Shown here piece by piece: positions 29,563 to 38,398 of a stretch of 38,398 nucleotides of DNA. Each line of letters starts with the position of its first letter. Within the stretch, counting starts at the first letter, position 1. Where the stretch lies: positions 1,302-39,699 of the forward strand of contig MHIL01000028.1 of assembly GCA_001817495.1 (NCBI GenBank), given 5' to 3'. The translations under genes and the position numbers were made by a program. The DNA is from Candidatus Buchananbacteria bacterium RIFCSPHIGHO2_02_FULL_56_16. Lineage in GTDB: Bacteria; Patescibacteriota; Patescibacteriia; Buchananbacterales; UBA6539. Under the pieces are notes generated by a model. That model saw nothing but the letters and a program-made list of their open reading frames with translations. It made no database searches and was not told where the DNA came from.

Positions 29563-30453
29563 TTAATGACTCTCTTCGTGACTCGTGGTCATCACGTTCA
29601 GAAACACCAGAGTGAGCATCGCGAAAATCAAGGCTTGGATGACACCGACGATGATCTCCAGAAACATAAAGGGAATGGGTAAGACGTAGGCGAAGATGAC
29701 GGCCATCGCGCCGAGCAGCACCTCGCCGGCGAAGATGTTGCCGAACAGCCGAAACGACAGCGACGCCACCTTGGCCAGTTCCCCGACGAGCTCGATCAAA
29801 CCGACAAAAAACTTAATCGGGTTGACCAGGAGCGCCGTGTACTCGCGCTCGACGAACACCTTCTTCGGCAGCTCGAGGATCAAGTTTAAGCCGACGAACC
29901 GGTTGAGGTAGCCCCAGAAGCTCGTCGCCACCACGCTGAAGACGTGGGTGGCGATCACCGCCATCAGCGCCAGGGCGAGCGTCGTGTTCAGGTCGGCCGT
30001 GCTGCCGCGCAGGAGCGGCACGAAGAGCCGTTCGCCGCCGTGCTGCTCAATGAAACCGATCGAGCCGACGCCCGGCAGCAAGCCGAGCCAGTTCGACAGC
30101 AGGATGAAAATAAACAGCGGAAACACAATCGGCAGAAACTTCATTGATGTCGCGCGCGAACCGGTGACCGAATCGGCCAGCTCGAGCGCTTTGTCAACCA
30201 CTACCTCGAGGTAATTTTGAAAACCGCTGGGAATCCGCGACATTTTCAGACGGCTCACAATTGCCACAACCACGATCAGACCGACCACGATCCATGATGT
30301 CAACAGCGAGTTAGTCACGGTGAGACCGGCGACGGTTCCGATCGGTTCGGCAAACAGGGTGGTTTCGTGCGTCAGCTCCCCGGGTTGTTCTGAAGTTTCC
30401 GCGGCTGGAACGGCAGCGGCTTCAATCTGGTTTTCGGAAATTGGTGCGGTCAT
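29563..30453 (-). CDS. atpB: ATP synthase a subunit
   Basis: TADLNTT, SLSFRLFGNIFAGE, IQALIF. Confidence 0.96.
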   Translation of the reverse strand: MTAPISENQIEAAAVPAAETSEQPGELTHETTLFAEPIGTVAGLTVTNSLLTSWIVVGLIVVVAIVSRLKMSRIPSGFQNYLEVVVDKALELADSVTGSRATSMKFLPIVFPLFIFILLSNWLGLLPGVGSIGFIEQHGGERLFVPLLRGSTADLNTTLALALMAVIATHVFSVVATSFWGYLNRFVGLNLILELPKKVFVEREYTALLVNPIKFFVGLIELVGELAKVASLSFRLFGNIFAGEVLLGAMAVIFAYVLPIPFMFLEIIVGVIQALIFAMLTLVFLNVMTTSHEESH

Positions 30454-30754
30454 TTAAATTGCGGTTTTCGGGGGTACCGGTAGCCGGCGGGCGCTTGCCT
30501 TCGGCTTCCAGCTGCTTCATCATGCGCCGCCCCTCCCGGGCGATGCCGATGTTCGAGATGATAAACGCGACGCCGATAAGGCCCAACACGCCCCACGGCT
30601 CGGTCGAGTAGCGCGCGTCCAGCCAGTTGCCGACCAGAAGCGCCAGGATAACTGGGCCAGCCAGCCAGGCCGAGAGATTAAAAAACAAGTTAACGTACGG
30701 CTGCCAGTTTTCTTTTTGCATAACTCGAGGCGTCTTACCGTCTGATGGACTCAC
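30422..30754 (-). CDS. AtpZ/AtpI-family protein
   Basis: GNWLD..TEPW two-TM pattern at the head of the atp operon; start may be a later ATG (MQKENW). Confidence 0.8.
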   Translation of the reverse strand: MSPSDGKTPRVMQKENWQPYVNLFFNLSAWLAGPVILALLVGNWLDARYSTEPWGVLGLIGVAFIISNIGIAREGRRMMKQLEAEGKRPPATGTPENRNLNDRTNFRKPD

Positions 30755-31007
30755 AAAACGTGTTTAGTATATCACATTTTGACGTTTCGGTACAGATAAT
30801 GATTACCTCTAATGAGCCAAAAAATGCCGGCTGAACCAAGCTAAACTTTAATAAAAATTAAGTTTAGTAAAAAAGGTGAAATTGTCAAGGGTGGTATTGA
30901 GACGAGAAAAACAAATTTTTTATTGGCTCATTTTAGGAAAATAAAAAACCTCACACGATTAATCCGGCGAGTGACTCTCGGTTATTTGCTGAGTATGTTG
31001 ATTTTAA

Positions 31008-31520
31008 TCAGCGCCTAGTAAATTGAGTAATAAAATACTCGAGCACAGGCAGCTGGAGCGGAAAAATTTGATCCGCTTTGGTACTAACCAATTTTTTTAG
31101 CTGGGCAATAGTAACCCACTGTGGATCTTTCGCTTCAGCCGGATTAATGCTGACTTCACCCGTGACTTCGCAAAAAAATACAAACCCCACCCACGACAAG
31201 CCGCCGTTTGTTTCCAAAACCTGCTGGCAAATAAACGGTTTAAAAACAAACGCCCGGTCGTGTTTTCGTGGCTCCTTCACTGAACTTTGGTAATCCTCAA
31301 CAACTCTGACGATCTCAAGACCACACTCCTCTTTTACCTCCCGCTTGAGTGCATCATAAACATTTTCGTACGCACGGATCCCGCCTGCCGGAATTTCAAT
31401 CATCCCAGAATATGTTGGGCTTACGCGAGGTTTCCACCGCTTTTGGAGAAAGACTTCAGTTTTTTCGTCTCGTTTCCGAATAAGAATTGCCGAAACGATA
31501 ACTTTAGGCTGCTGGTTCAT
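31008..31520 (-). CDS. NUDIX hydrolase
   Basis: PAGG....ENVYDALKREVKEECGL Nudix box. Confidence 0.92.
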   Translation of the reverse strand: MNQQPKVIVSAILIRKRDEKTEVFLQKRWKPRVSPTYSGMIEIPAGGIRAYENVYDALKREVKEECGLEIVRVVEDYQSSVKEPRKHDRAFVFKPFICQQVLETNGGLSWVGFVFFCEVTGEVSINPAEAKDPQWVTIAQLKKLVSTKADQIFPLQLPVLEYFITQFTRR

Positions 31521-32191
31521 TTTCGTGTTGTTTTTGAGCAATGAAGTTGATAAACTTCGTCTCGATTTGATCCCATATCTCACTCGTCTTATTCATCTCA
31601 ATCAAAGTCAGCTTATGTTTTTGAATAAGATCTTGAATGATTGCTTCGTTCCAAAGTCTTCGTAAATGACCACCTCCATTTTCATAAAGGTGCGGTGATA
31701 CTTCCTTACTCGCAGCAACTTTTGGATCGTCTTCTGTTTTTCCTTCAATCATAATGTAGCCACTGTCCTTTAAAAGCAACACACATTCTTCAAAAAATTG
31801 ATCAAGTTCTCCATCGGTTAAATGGAGCGCTGAACGTGAGTAAACCGCATCAATACTTTTAGGTTCCCCAATTGGAAGTGCACGTGCATCAGCAACAACC
31901 GGAAACACCTTTTCAGTTGTGCTGTCACGCTCCGATGCTTCTTTAAGCTGTTGGAGGGCATTAGAAGAAAAATCAGTGGCCACGACTTTACAGTTTTTTT
32001 TCTTTCGCAAAAAACCTCGCATCTCTTCCATTAGCAGCCCCCGCTTCCAAGATGATCCCATTTTCTGGCAACAGATCGACACACTGTTTAGCGAATAGGT
32101 TCGGAGTATTCTCGAGTCGCTCTGACTCAACTTTCCGATTTTCGTGCTGCGCCTCCCACAAATCTCTTTGGTCTCTAAACTTTTCTCTCAT
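31504..32191 (-). pseudogene. Class I SAM-dependent methyltransferase, frameshifted at an A8 run
   Basis: Motif I (ILEAGAANGRDA) is in 31988-32191; VVATDFS, ADARALP, DAVYSRSALH are in the next frame; T8 at 31994-32001. Confidence 0.85.
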
Positions 32192-32275
32192 AATATGCCC
32201 AGTATATCATTTGTTTTTTTAAGAAACAAGGAGTATTATGAAAACTGGATCTTTCACAAGAGGGGGGGTATATCC

Positions 32276-32638
32276 ATGAAAAAAGTACTCACCACAGAAG
32301 AATTCCAACGAAGGGTTAAAATGGGGTTCCTGAACTTCGCCGGCACAATCATTACAGGCGATGTTTCCTTAGCCAACCGTAAGCTACGAGGTAGTCTGAA
32401 TTTCAGAAAATCGACGGTGAAGGGGGTGTTCCACTTTGAAAAAGGAAGTATTTCCGGCGATCTCAACCTTAGAGAAGCTAGTATTGAAGGAGATCTCCAT
32501 CTAGAACAGTCCCATGTTGGTGGTAAGCTCAATCTTACTAGCTGTCGTGTCCATGGTACACTCAACCGATCGGCCTCCCTTGTGCGGGGCGACATAGTCA
32601 TCGTCGATGTACAATCGAGAGAATATGTTCGGCCATAG
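32276..32638 (+). CDS. Small 11-residue-repeat (beta-solenoid-like) protein
   Basis: Repeating G.L.[LF]..[SA].[IV]. unit; gagggggg RBS; hairpin plus T run downstream. Confidence 0.72.
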   Translation: MKKVLTTEEFQRRVKMGFLNFAGTIITGDVSLANRKLRGSLNFRKSTVKGVFHFEKGSISGDLNLREASIEGDLHLEQSHVGGKLNLTSCRVHGTLNRSASLVRGDIVIVDVQSREYVRP

Positions 32639-32752
32639 CAATTAAGGGTTAGCCAGTTTAGCAAAAAAGGCCCCGATCTTAGGGCCTCCTTTTTTTAAAA
32701 AATAAGACCCTTAACGGGTCTAGAACAACAGAAGCCACAACCAGTGAAAACA

Positions 32753-32944
32753 TCAACGAAACTCCATCCAGGCCACCATTGCATCGACTATGACGAGAAC
32801 GAAAGGTACCAGAAACGGAATGTAGTTTTTGTCCAAGCCCCTTATTGCGAGATGGTAGCCATCGAGAACCGCCCAGGCTACTGCGACCAACAAGAGCAAC
32901 ACCATAACGACTATCTCAATACTGCCTTTCTGGCTATGTTTCAC
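32753..32944 (-). CDS. Small two-TM protein with prepilin-like leader
   Basis: GTG start with gagagga RBS; KHSQKG then a hydrophobic helix. Confidence 0.55.
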   Translation of the reverse strand: MKHSQKGSIEIVVMVLLLLVAVAWAVLDGYHLAIRGLDKNYIPFLVPFVLVIVDAMVAWMEFR

Positions 32945-33105
32945 TAGTAGTATCCTCTCTTTAATGAGCAATATGCTTAGAAAACTAAGCATGACCAGTA
33001 TAGCATATCAAGGTTGAAAGTCAAGGTATCGCAATACGACAACTCGTCTACCCCCCCGATCCTGTGGTATACTAACCCCATTAACGTAGCCTCTAACCGC
33101 ACACC

Positions 33106-34047
33106 ATGAGCTTCAATTTTTTAGTCATCGTCCTTGGCTTGAGCCTGTTTGAGATCATCAGCAGCATTGACAACGCCATCATCAACGCCCACATCTTGGG
33201 CACGATGCCGAAAAAGTACCAGCGTATTTTTTTGGTTTGGGGCATCTTTTTTGCCGTCTTCGTCATCCGGGGCGTGCTGCCGTTTCTCATTGTCTGGCTG
33301 GCCAATCCCGCGCTTGGGCTCGGCCAGACCATTGGCTTCGTCTTTAACAACGACCCGGAGATCGAGCACTACGTTGAGCAGTCCAAGGCGGTGCTGCTGC
33401 TCGGCGGCGGCGTCTACCTCTTCTTCGTCTTCTTGGCCTGGCTGTTTTTGGAAGAAAAAAAGTACGCTTTTCTGGTCGAACATTTTCTCAAGCGTCAGGG
33501 GTTTTGGTTCTACGCCATCGCGTCAATCGCGCTGACGACTATTATCTACGCCGGCTTGCAGATTAACCCGATGCTGGCGCTCTCGGCTTCCATCGGCGCC
33601 TCGGCCTTTTTCATCACCGACGGGTTTAAGAAGAACGCCGAAGAGCAGGAGAAGCGGCTGCTCGATCCGAAGATGAGCGCCTGGAGCAAAATCTTTTACC
33701 TTGAGATACTCGACGCGTCGTTCTCCATTGACGGCGTCATCGGCGCATTCGCCTTCACCATCTCGATACCGCTGATTATCCTCGGCAACGGCCTGGGCGC
33801 GGTTGTCGTCCGGCAGTTCACGGTCAAGGGCATCGATACCATCGCCAAACTCGCCTACCTCAAGAACGGCGCGATGTACTCGATCGGCGTCCTCGGCAGC
33901 CTGATGATCCTCGAGAGCTTCGGCCGCGAGTATCCCTTCTGGCTGGCGCCGCTCAACACCACGGCGCTCCTGGGCTTCTTCCTCTACCTCTCATTTAAAG
34001 AGCTTCGGCTCGCCGATCAGACAGGAGCGAAGCGACGAGCACGATAG
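33106..34047 (+). CDS. DUF475 / TerC-like integral membrane protein
   Basis: EIISSIDNAIINA, YLEILDASFSIDGVIGAFA, YLKNGAMYSI. Confidence 0.88.
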   Translation: MSFNFLVIVLGLSLFEIISSIDNAIINAHILGTMPKKYQRIFLVWGIFFAVFVIRGVLPFLIVWLANPALGLGQTIGFVFNNDPEIEHYVEQSKAVLLLGGGVYLFFVFLAWLFLEEKKYAFLVEHFLKRQGFWFYAIASIALTTIIYAGLQINPMLALSASIGASAFFITDGFKKNAEEQEKRLLDPKMSAWSKIFYLEILDASFSIDGVIGAFAFTISIPLIILGNGLGAVVVRQFTVKGIDTIAKLAYLKNGAMYSIGVLGSLMILESFGREYPFWLAPLNTTALLGFFLYLSFKELRLADQTGAKRRAR

Positions 34048-34114
34048 AGCCGCAGACGCGACCCATCGAGTACATTAACCCCCTCGTGGGGTTTTTGTGA
34101 TACAATGGAAACGT

Positions 34115-36673
34115 ATGGCAGTAGTCAAACATAACAGCACTGCCGCGGCTGTCTTCGGGTACGCGACGATGCCGCTCGGCGACGTACTCGCGACATTCCA
34201 GGTTTCGGTCGAACGCGGGCTGACCAGCCAGCAAGCAGAGGCCCAGCGACGGCGGTACGGCCCAAACCAAATCGCCTCTGCCGACCGGCGCTGGTGGCAG
34301 ATTCTCTGGCAACAGCTGCGCTCCCCGTTCCTCTACCTGCTGATTACCGCGGCGATCGTTGCCCTGCTCTTGGGCGAGCGGATCGACGCGGTACTCATTC
34401 TGTCTTTTATTCTCATTAACACGGGGCTTGGCTTCTACCAAGAGTACCGCTCCGACCGCTCGCTGCAGCTGCTCAAGCGCTACGTCGCGGCCCGAGACAC
34501 GATCCGGCGTGATCGCCAGCTCGTCGAGGTTGACGTCGCCGACATCGTGCCCGGCGACATTGTGCTTTTGAAAGCCGGCGATGTCGTGCCGGCCGACCTG
34601 CGCCTCTGCCAGGCCGAGGGGCTGACGATTGATGAATCGATTTTGACCGGCGAATCAGCCACCGCCGCCAAAACAGCTGCGACGCTGCGAAAACCGCCGG
34701 CGGGATTTTTTGAAGCGGCTAACCTCGCCTTCAGCGGTACGACGGTGGTTGGCGGCTCGGCCGTCGGGGTCGCGGTCGGCACGGGCAACGGCTCGGCCGT
34801 CGGCGCCATTGCCATGCTCGCCCGATCGACGGGTAAAGAGAGCGACTTCGCCCGTGGCATCGGCCGGTTCAGCCGGTTCATCCTGCGGGTGGTGAGCCTG
34901 ACCATCGCCTTTGTTTTCGTCGCCAACGTGGGGATCAAGGGCGGCGCGACCAACATCGGTGAGCTCCTCGTGTTCTCGATTGCGCTCGCGGTCGCGGTGA
35001 TTCCGGAAGCCCTGCCGGTCGTGTCAACCTTTTCGCTGACGCGCGGCGCGCTCCACCTGGCCAAAAAGAAGGTGGTGGTCAAGCGGCTCTCGGCGATTGA
35101 GGACCTGGGCGGCATTGACGTCCTGTGTACCGACAAAACCGGCACGCTGACCGAAAACGTTTTGGCGGTCGTAGAAACCAAGAGCGTCGGACCGGGCGAT
35201 TCGCTCCTCCTCTACGCTAACCTGGCGGCTAAATCAGACACCGACGCCAACCTCGTTGAACCGTTCGATAAGGCCCTGCGGCTGGTGCTCAAACATAACG
35301 GCCACGAGCTCAAGCAGTGGCGGCGAATCAGGGAAGCGCCGTTTGATCCGAGCCGGCGCCGCAACAGCGTGCTCGTCACCAACGGTAAAATTCAAACGCT
35401 GGTGGTTCGGGGGGCACCGGAAACAGTCACCGCCTGCTGCACGCTGAAAAAGGGAGAAACTGACGCCAGCCAAACCTGGGTCGCAGCCCAGGGCAAGCTG
35501 GGCCGGCGCGTGCTGGCGGTCGCCACAAAAAAATTGACAACGGCGCCGGAGGCGCTGATATCGGCCGAGCGTAATCTGACGCTGCTCGGCTTTATTTCGT
35601 TTGAAGATCCGATCAAAAAAACGACGCGAAGCGCCGTGAAGAGCGCGCGAGAACTCGGGGTGAACATTAAGGTCCTGACCGGCGACGCGCCGGAAGTGGC
35701 CGGCGCGGTTGCCTACCAGATCGGGCTCGTGGCCGACCCGGCGGAAGTGATTACCGGCGCCGCAGTTATGGCGCTGCCCGTCCAGGCCCAGCACGAGATG
35801 GTCCACCGTATGTCGGTCTTCGCCCGCGTCTCGCCGGAACAGAAGCACGCGATCGTTTCAATCCTCCAAGAGAGCCACTCGGTTGGCTTCTTAGGCGAAG
35901 GCATCAACGACGCGCCGGCGCTCAAGGTTGCCGGCGTCTCGCTCGTCGTCCAGAGCGCTGCCGGCGTCGCCCGTGAGGCGGCGGACATCATCCTGCTCCA
36001 AAAAAGCCTCTCGGTCATCGTTGACGGCATCCGCGAGGGCCGGGAAATTTTTTCGAATACCCTCAAGTACATCCGCGCCACCCTCTCATCAAACTTCGGC
36101 AACTTCTACGCCGTGGCGATTGGCTCGCTCTTCATTGACTTTCTGCCGATGCTGCCGGTCCAGATTCTTTTGGTCAACCTCCTGTCCGATTTCCCGATGA
36201 TCGCCATTGCCGCCGACCGGGTTGACGCCGCCGAGGTGCGGACGCCGCAGATTTACCGGGTGCGCGACATCGCGCTGATCGCCACCCTGCTGGGCGTCGT
36301 CAGCACGATTTTTGACTTTACGTTCTTCGCCCTCTACTTCCGGATCTCGCCGGCCGTCCTGCAGACCAACTGGTTTATCGCAAGCATCGTCACCGAGCTG
36401 GTATTTCTGTTCTCGATTCGTACCCGGCGGTTTTTCCTCGCCGCCAACCGGCCGGCGACGATTTTACTGGCGCTTACGGCGCTGGCGTTCAGTCTCACCC
36501 TGGTACTGCCCTACACCGGCTTCGGCCAGACGGTGTTTCACTTTACGCCGCCGACGGCGTTCCATCTCGCCACTATTCTCGGCCTCGCCGCCCTCTACTT
36601 CGTCGCGACCGAGACGGTTAAGCTGCTGTACTACCGATTTCTTGACGGCAAGAACGCACTGATGAGAGGGTAG
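34115..36673 (+). CDS. P-type ATPase, MgtA-like (probably Mg2+)
   Basis: TGES, IPEALP, DKTGTLT, SSNFGN, LPMLPVQILLVNLLSD; hinge reads GEGIND. Confidence 0.9.
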   Translation: MAVVKHNSTAAAVFGYATMPLGDVLATFQVSVERGLTSQQAEAQRRRYGPNQIASADRRWWQILWQQLRSPFLYLLITAAIVALLLGERIDAVLILSFILINTGLGFYQEYRSDRSLQLLKRYVAARDTIRRDRQLVEVDVADIVPGDIVLLKAGDVVPADLRLCQAEGLTIDESILTGESATAAKTAATLRKPPAGFFEAANLAFSGTTVVGGSAVGVAVGTGNGSAVGAIAMLARSTGKESDFARGIGRFSRFILRVVSLTIAFVFVANVGIKGGATNIGELLVFSIALAVAVIPEALPVVSTFSLTRGALHLAKKKVVVKRLSAIEDLGGIDVLCTDKTGTLTENVLAVVETKSVGPGDSLLLYANLAAKSDTDANLVEPFDKALRLVLKHNGHELKQWRRIREAPFDPSRRRNSVLVTNGKIQTLVVRGAPETVTACCTLKKGETDASQTWVAAQGKLGRRVLAVATKKLTTAPEALISAERNLTLLGFISFEDPIKKTTRSAVKSARELGVNIKVLTGDAPEVAGAVAYQIGLVADPAEVITGAAVMALPVQAQHEMVHRMSVFARVSPEQKHAIVSILQESHSVGFLGEGINDAPALKVAGVSLVVQSAAGVAREAADIILLQKSLSVIVDGIREGREIFSNTLKYIRATLSSNFGNFYAVAIGSLFIDFLPMLPVQILLVNLLSDFPMIAIAADRVDAAEVRTPQIYRVRDIALIATLLGVVSTIFDFTFFALYFRISPAVLQTNWFIASIVTELVFLFSIRTRRFFLAANRPATILLALTALAFSLTLVLPYTGFGQTVFHFTPPTAFHLATILGLAALYFVATETVKLLYYRFLDGKNALMRG

Positions 36674-36869
36674 CCACGGCCCTTGTGCCGTGGCTGCTCG
36701 TTTTTCAGCGCGGAGCAGAGGCTCCGCGCTACCCCAAACATGAAAAAAGCCGGGCAGAAGCGCCCGACCTACCCCTAATATAGTTTGGACAGTCGCAAAA
36801 AAAAGCCCCCAGCGGTACGTAACCGTGGGGGGTTGGTTCGAACAGGGCAACATTCGGCAGCGGCCGGAC

Positions 36870-37460
36870 TCAACGAAAGAGCTTAGTCTCATCAGATTCG
36901 GCGGTAAAAAGTACGAGCCTGGAGTCGGCTACGCCGTAGTGAGCAAAGACGCCGCTGGCGGTCAGCCTGGTGACGCGCTCGGACGGAACTCGAAGTATCG
37001 TCTCGAGAATGGACGTAACCTGTACCAACGGACCAGTGAGTTCGGCGTAGGTTGGAATACCCGGATAAGAATCGATTTGAATCTCGATCGGATTAGCCGC
37101 GAGGGTATCGCGGATTTTTTGTCGCCGGGTGTGGACGACAAAACCAAACGCTTCAAGCAGCGTGCCGGCGGTGGCCAGATTATGGCCTGCATACTGCTGG
37201 CGCCACGACGACCGTGTTTCTTCACCATCGTTGGTTTCCGGCGGTCCTTTGACCGCCAGCTCGATTGATACGTCCGCCTCCTGCTTGAGCCGTCGCAGCC
37301 GGAACTGGACGCCCAAACCCCGCAGGTCCGCGCCGCGGTGGGTGTAGTACCAGCCTTCAATGGCGATGCGGCGGCCAAGGTAGCGAGCGCCGGGTAAAAT
37401 CATCAGCCGGTCTATTTCCGCCGGAGAAATGTCAAGCACTTTCAGCCAGTGCTCATCCAT
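36870..37460 (-). CDS. Degenerate CYTH-domain protein
   Basis: FRLRR, LAVKGP, KIR, IQIDSYPGIPTYAEL; N-terminal ExExK reads EHWLK; aaaggag RBS. Confidence 0.7.
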   Translation of the reverse strand: MDEHWLKVLDISPAEIDRLMILPGARYLGRRIAIEGWYYTHRGADLRGLGVQFRLRRLKQEADVSIELAVKGPPETNDGEETRSSWRQQYAGHNLATAGTLLEAFGFVVHTRRQKIRDTLAANPIEIQIDSYPGIPTYAELTGPLVQVTSILETILRVPSERVTRLTASGVFAHYGVADSRLVLFTAESDETKLFR

Positions 37461-37590
37461 GGTGTTATCCGCTCCTTTACAAAAGATCAATACCTCGTGA
37501 CTGAAGCCACGGCATCGTAACACAGGCCGTCCGGGTATGTCAATGTACGTCCGTGACCAGCGGAGCGCTGCCATGGTATACTGCCGACGT

Positions 37591-38157
37591 ATGGCTCAAA
37601 AAACTGTTCCAAAAGTGATCATCATTCCCGGTAACGGCGGCGCTACCCCGCGAGACAACTGGTTCCCCTATCTCCAGCGTGAGCTCGAAGCAGCGGGGAT
37701 CACCGTGGTCAACCGCCAGTTTCCCGACCCGGAACTGGCCCGGGCAAAGTACTGGCTGCCGTTCATCCAGTCGCTCGGCGCTGATGAGCACACCATTCTG
37801 GTTGGTCACTCGTCGGGCGCGATTGCCGCGATGCGGTTTGCCGAGACGCATAAAATTTTAGGATCAATACTTGTCGGTACCTACCATACCGATCTGGGAA
37901 TCGAGGCGGAACGGCTGAGCGGCTACTTCGATGCGCCGTGGGACTGGCCGGCGATTAAAAAACACCAGCGCTGGATCGTTATTTTCGCTTCAGTCGACGA
38001 CCCGTACATCGCGATTGAAGAACCGCGTTTTCTCGCCCAGCAGCTCGACGCCGAGTACCACGAGTACGTTGACGAGGGCCACTTCGGCGGTGACAAACAA
38101 AAAACCGCCTTTCCCGAGCTGGTGACGGTAATCAAAGAAATGGTTATAAAAAAATAG
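37591..38157 (+). CDS. RBBP9/YdeN-family alpha/beta hydrolase
   Basis: IIPGNG, NWFP, GHSSG, DDPYI, GHF. Confidence 0.92.
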   Translation: MAQKTVPKVIIIPGNGGATPRDNWFPYLQRELEAAGITVVNRQFPDPELARAKYWLPFIQSLGADEHTILVGHSSGAIAAMRFAETHKILGSILVGTYHTDLGIEAERLSGYFDAPWDWPAIKKHQRWIVIFASVDDPYIAIEEPRFLAQQLDAEYHEYVDEGHFGGDKQKTAFPELVTVIKEMVIKK

Positions 38158-38161
38158 AAAT

Positions 38162-38190
38162 GTAAAAACCCCTGGTTGAGGGGCTTTTAC
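38162..38190. terminator. Bidirectional terminator between convergent genes
   Basis: gtaaaaacccct-ggttg-aggggcttttac. Confidence 0.7.
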
Positions 38191-38206
38191 CTTGGTCTTC
38201 TAACGG

Positions 38207-38380
38207 TTAGAAGTTTCGATCTCGGCGAGGCGGCCGCTTTTTGCGGTGGCAGTCTCGGCAGAAGACCGGACGAGTACCGTCTGGCTCGAAGGGCAGCTCG
38301 GTAATCTCTTGACCGCACTCGGCACATTGCCACTGACCCTGGACCATCTGGCGCTGGCCAAACTGCGTTTGGTTGTCCAT
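38207..38380 (-). CDS. Small zinc-ribbon protein (CxxC-x17-CxxC-like family), 57 aa, not in the ORF track
   Basis: MDNQTQFGQRQMVQGQWQCAECGQEITELPFEPDGTRPVFCRDCHRKKRPPRRDRNF; ggag RBS. Confidence 0.85.
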   Translation of the reverse strand: MDNQTQFGQRQMVQGQWQCAECGQEITELPFEPDGTRPVFCRDCHRKKRPPRRDRNF

Positions 38381-38398
38381 CTATCTCCAGTACCTATT

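Overview
A mostly housekeeping, fairly GC-rich chromosomal segment whose gene content and style suggest a Patescibacteria/CPR bacterium (inference from: short RSH enzyme, homodimeric GlyRS, Cys-rich and WxL-like surface genes, scarce Shine-Dalgarno sites). It holds relA/spoT, parAB, tRNA-Leu/fMet/Met, glyQS, a surface-protein cluster, smpB-ssrA, infC-rpmI-rplT, a cold-shock gene, a complete F1Fo ATP synthase operon and several ion transporters. The most unusual content is non-coding. (1) At 19178-19814 an outer tRNA-Asp gene is cut into six pieces by five insertions. One insert carries an intact, CCA-less tRNA-Asp and two further tRNA 3' halves, and three T-loops are interrupted at or next to the same TTC|GA position. 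(2) Several families of 7-nt-periodic hairpins fill intergenic gaps almost from stop codon to start codon, including a 68-bp exact direct repeat flanking glyQS. Also present: two small zinc-finger ORFs missing from the ORF track, an atypical initiator tRNA and tmRNA, two frameshifted genes and several apparently leaderless genes. No transposase, integrase, reverse transcriptase or CRISPR array was found. All calls come from reading motifs by eye; no searches were run.
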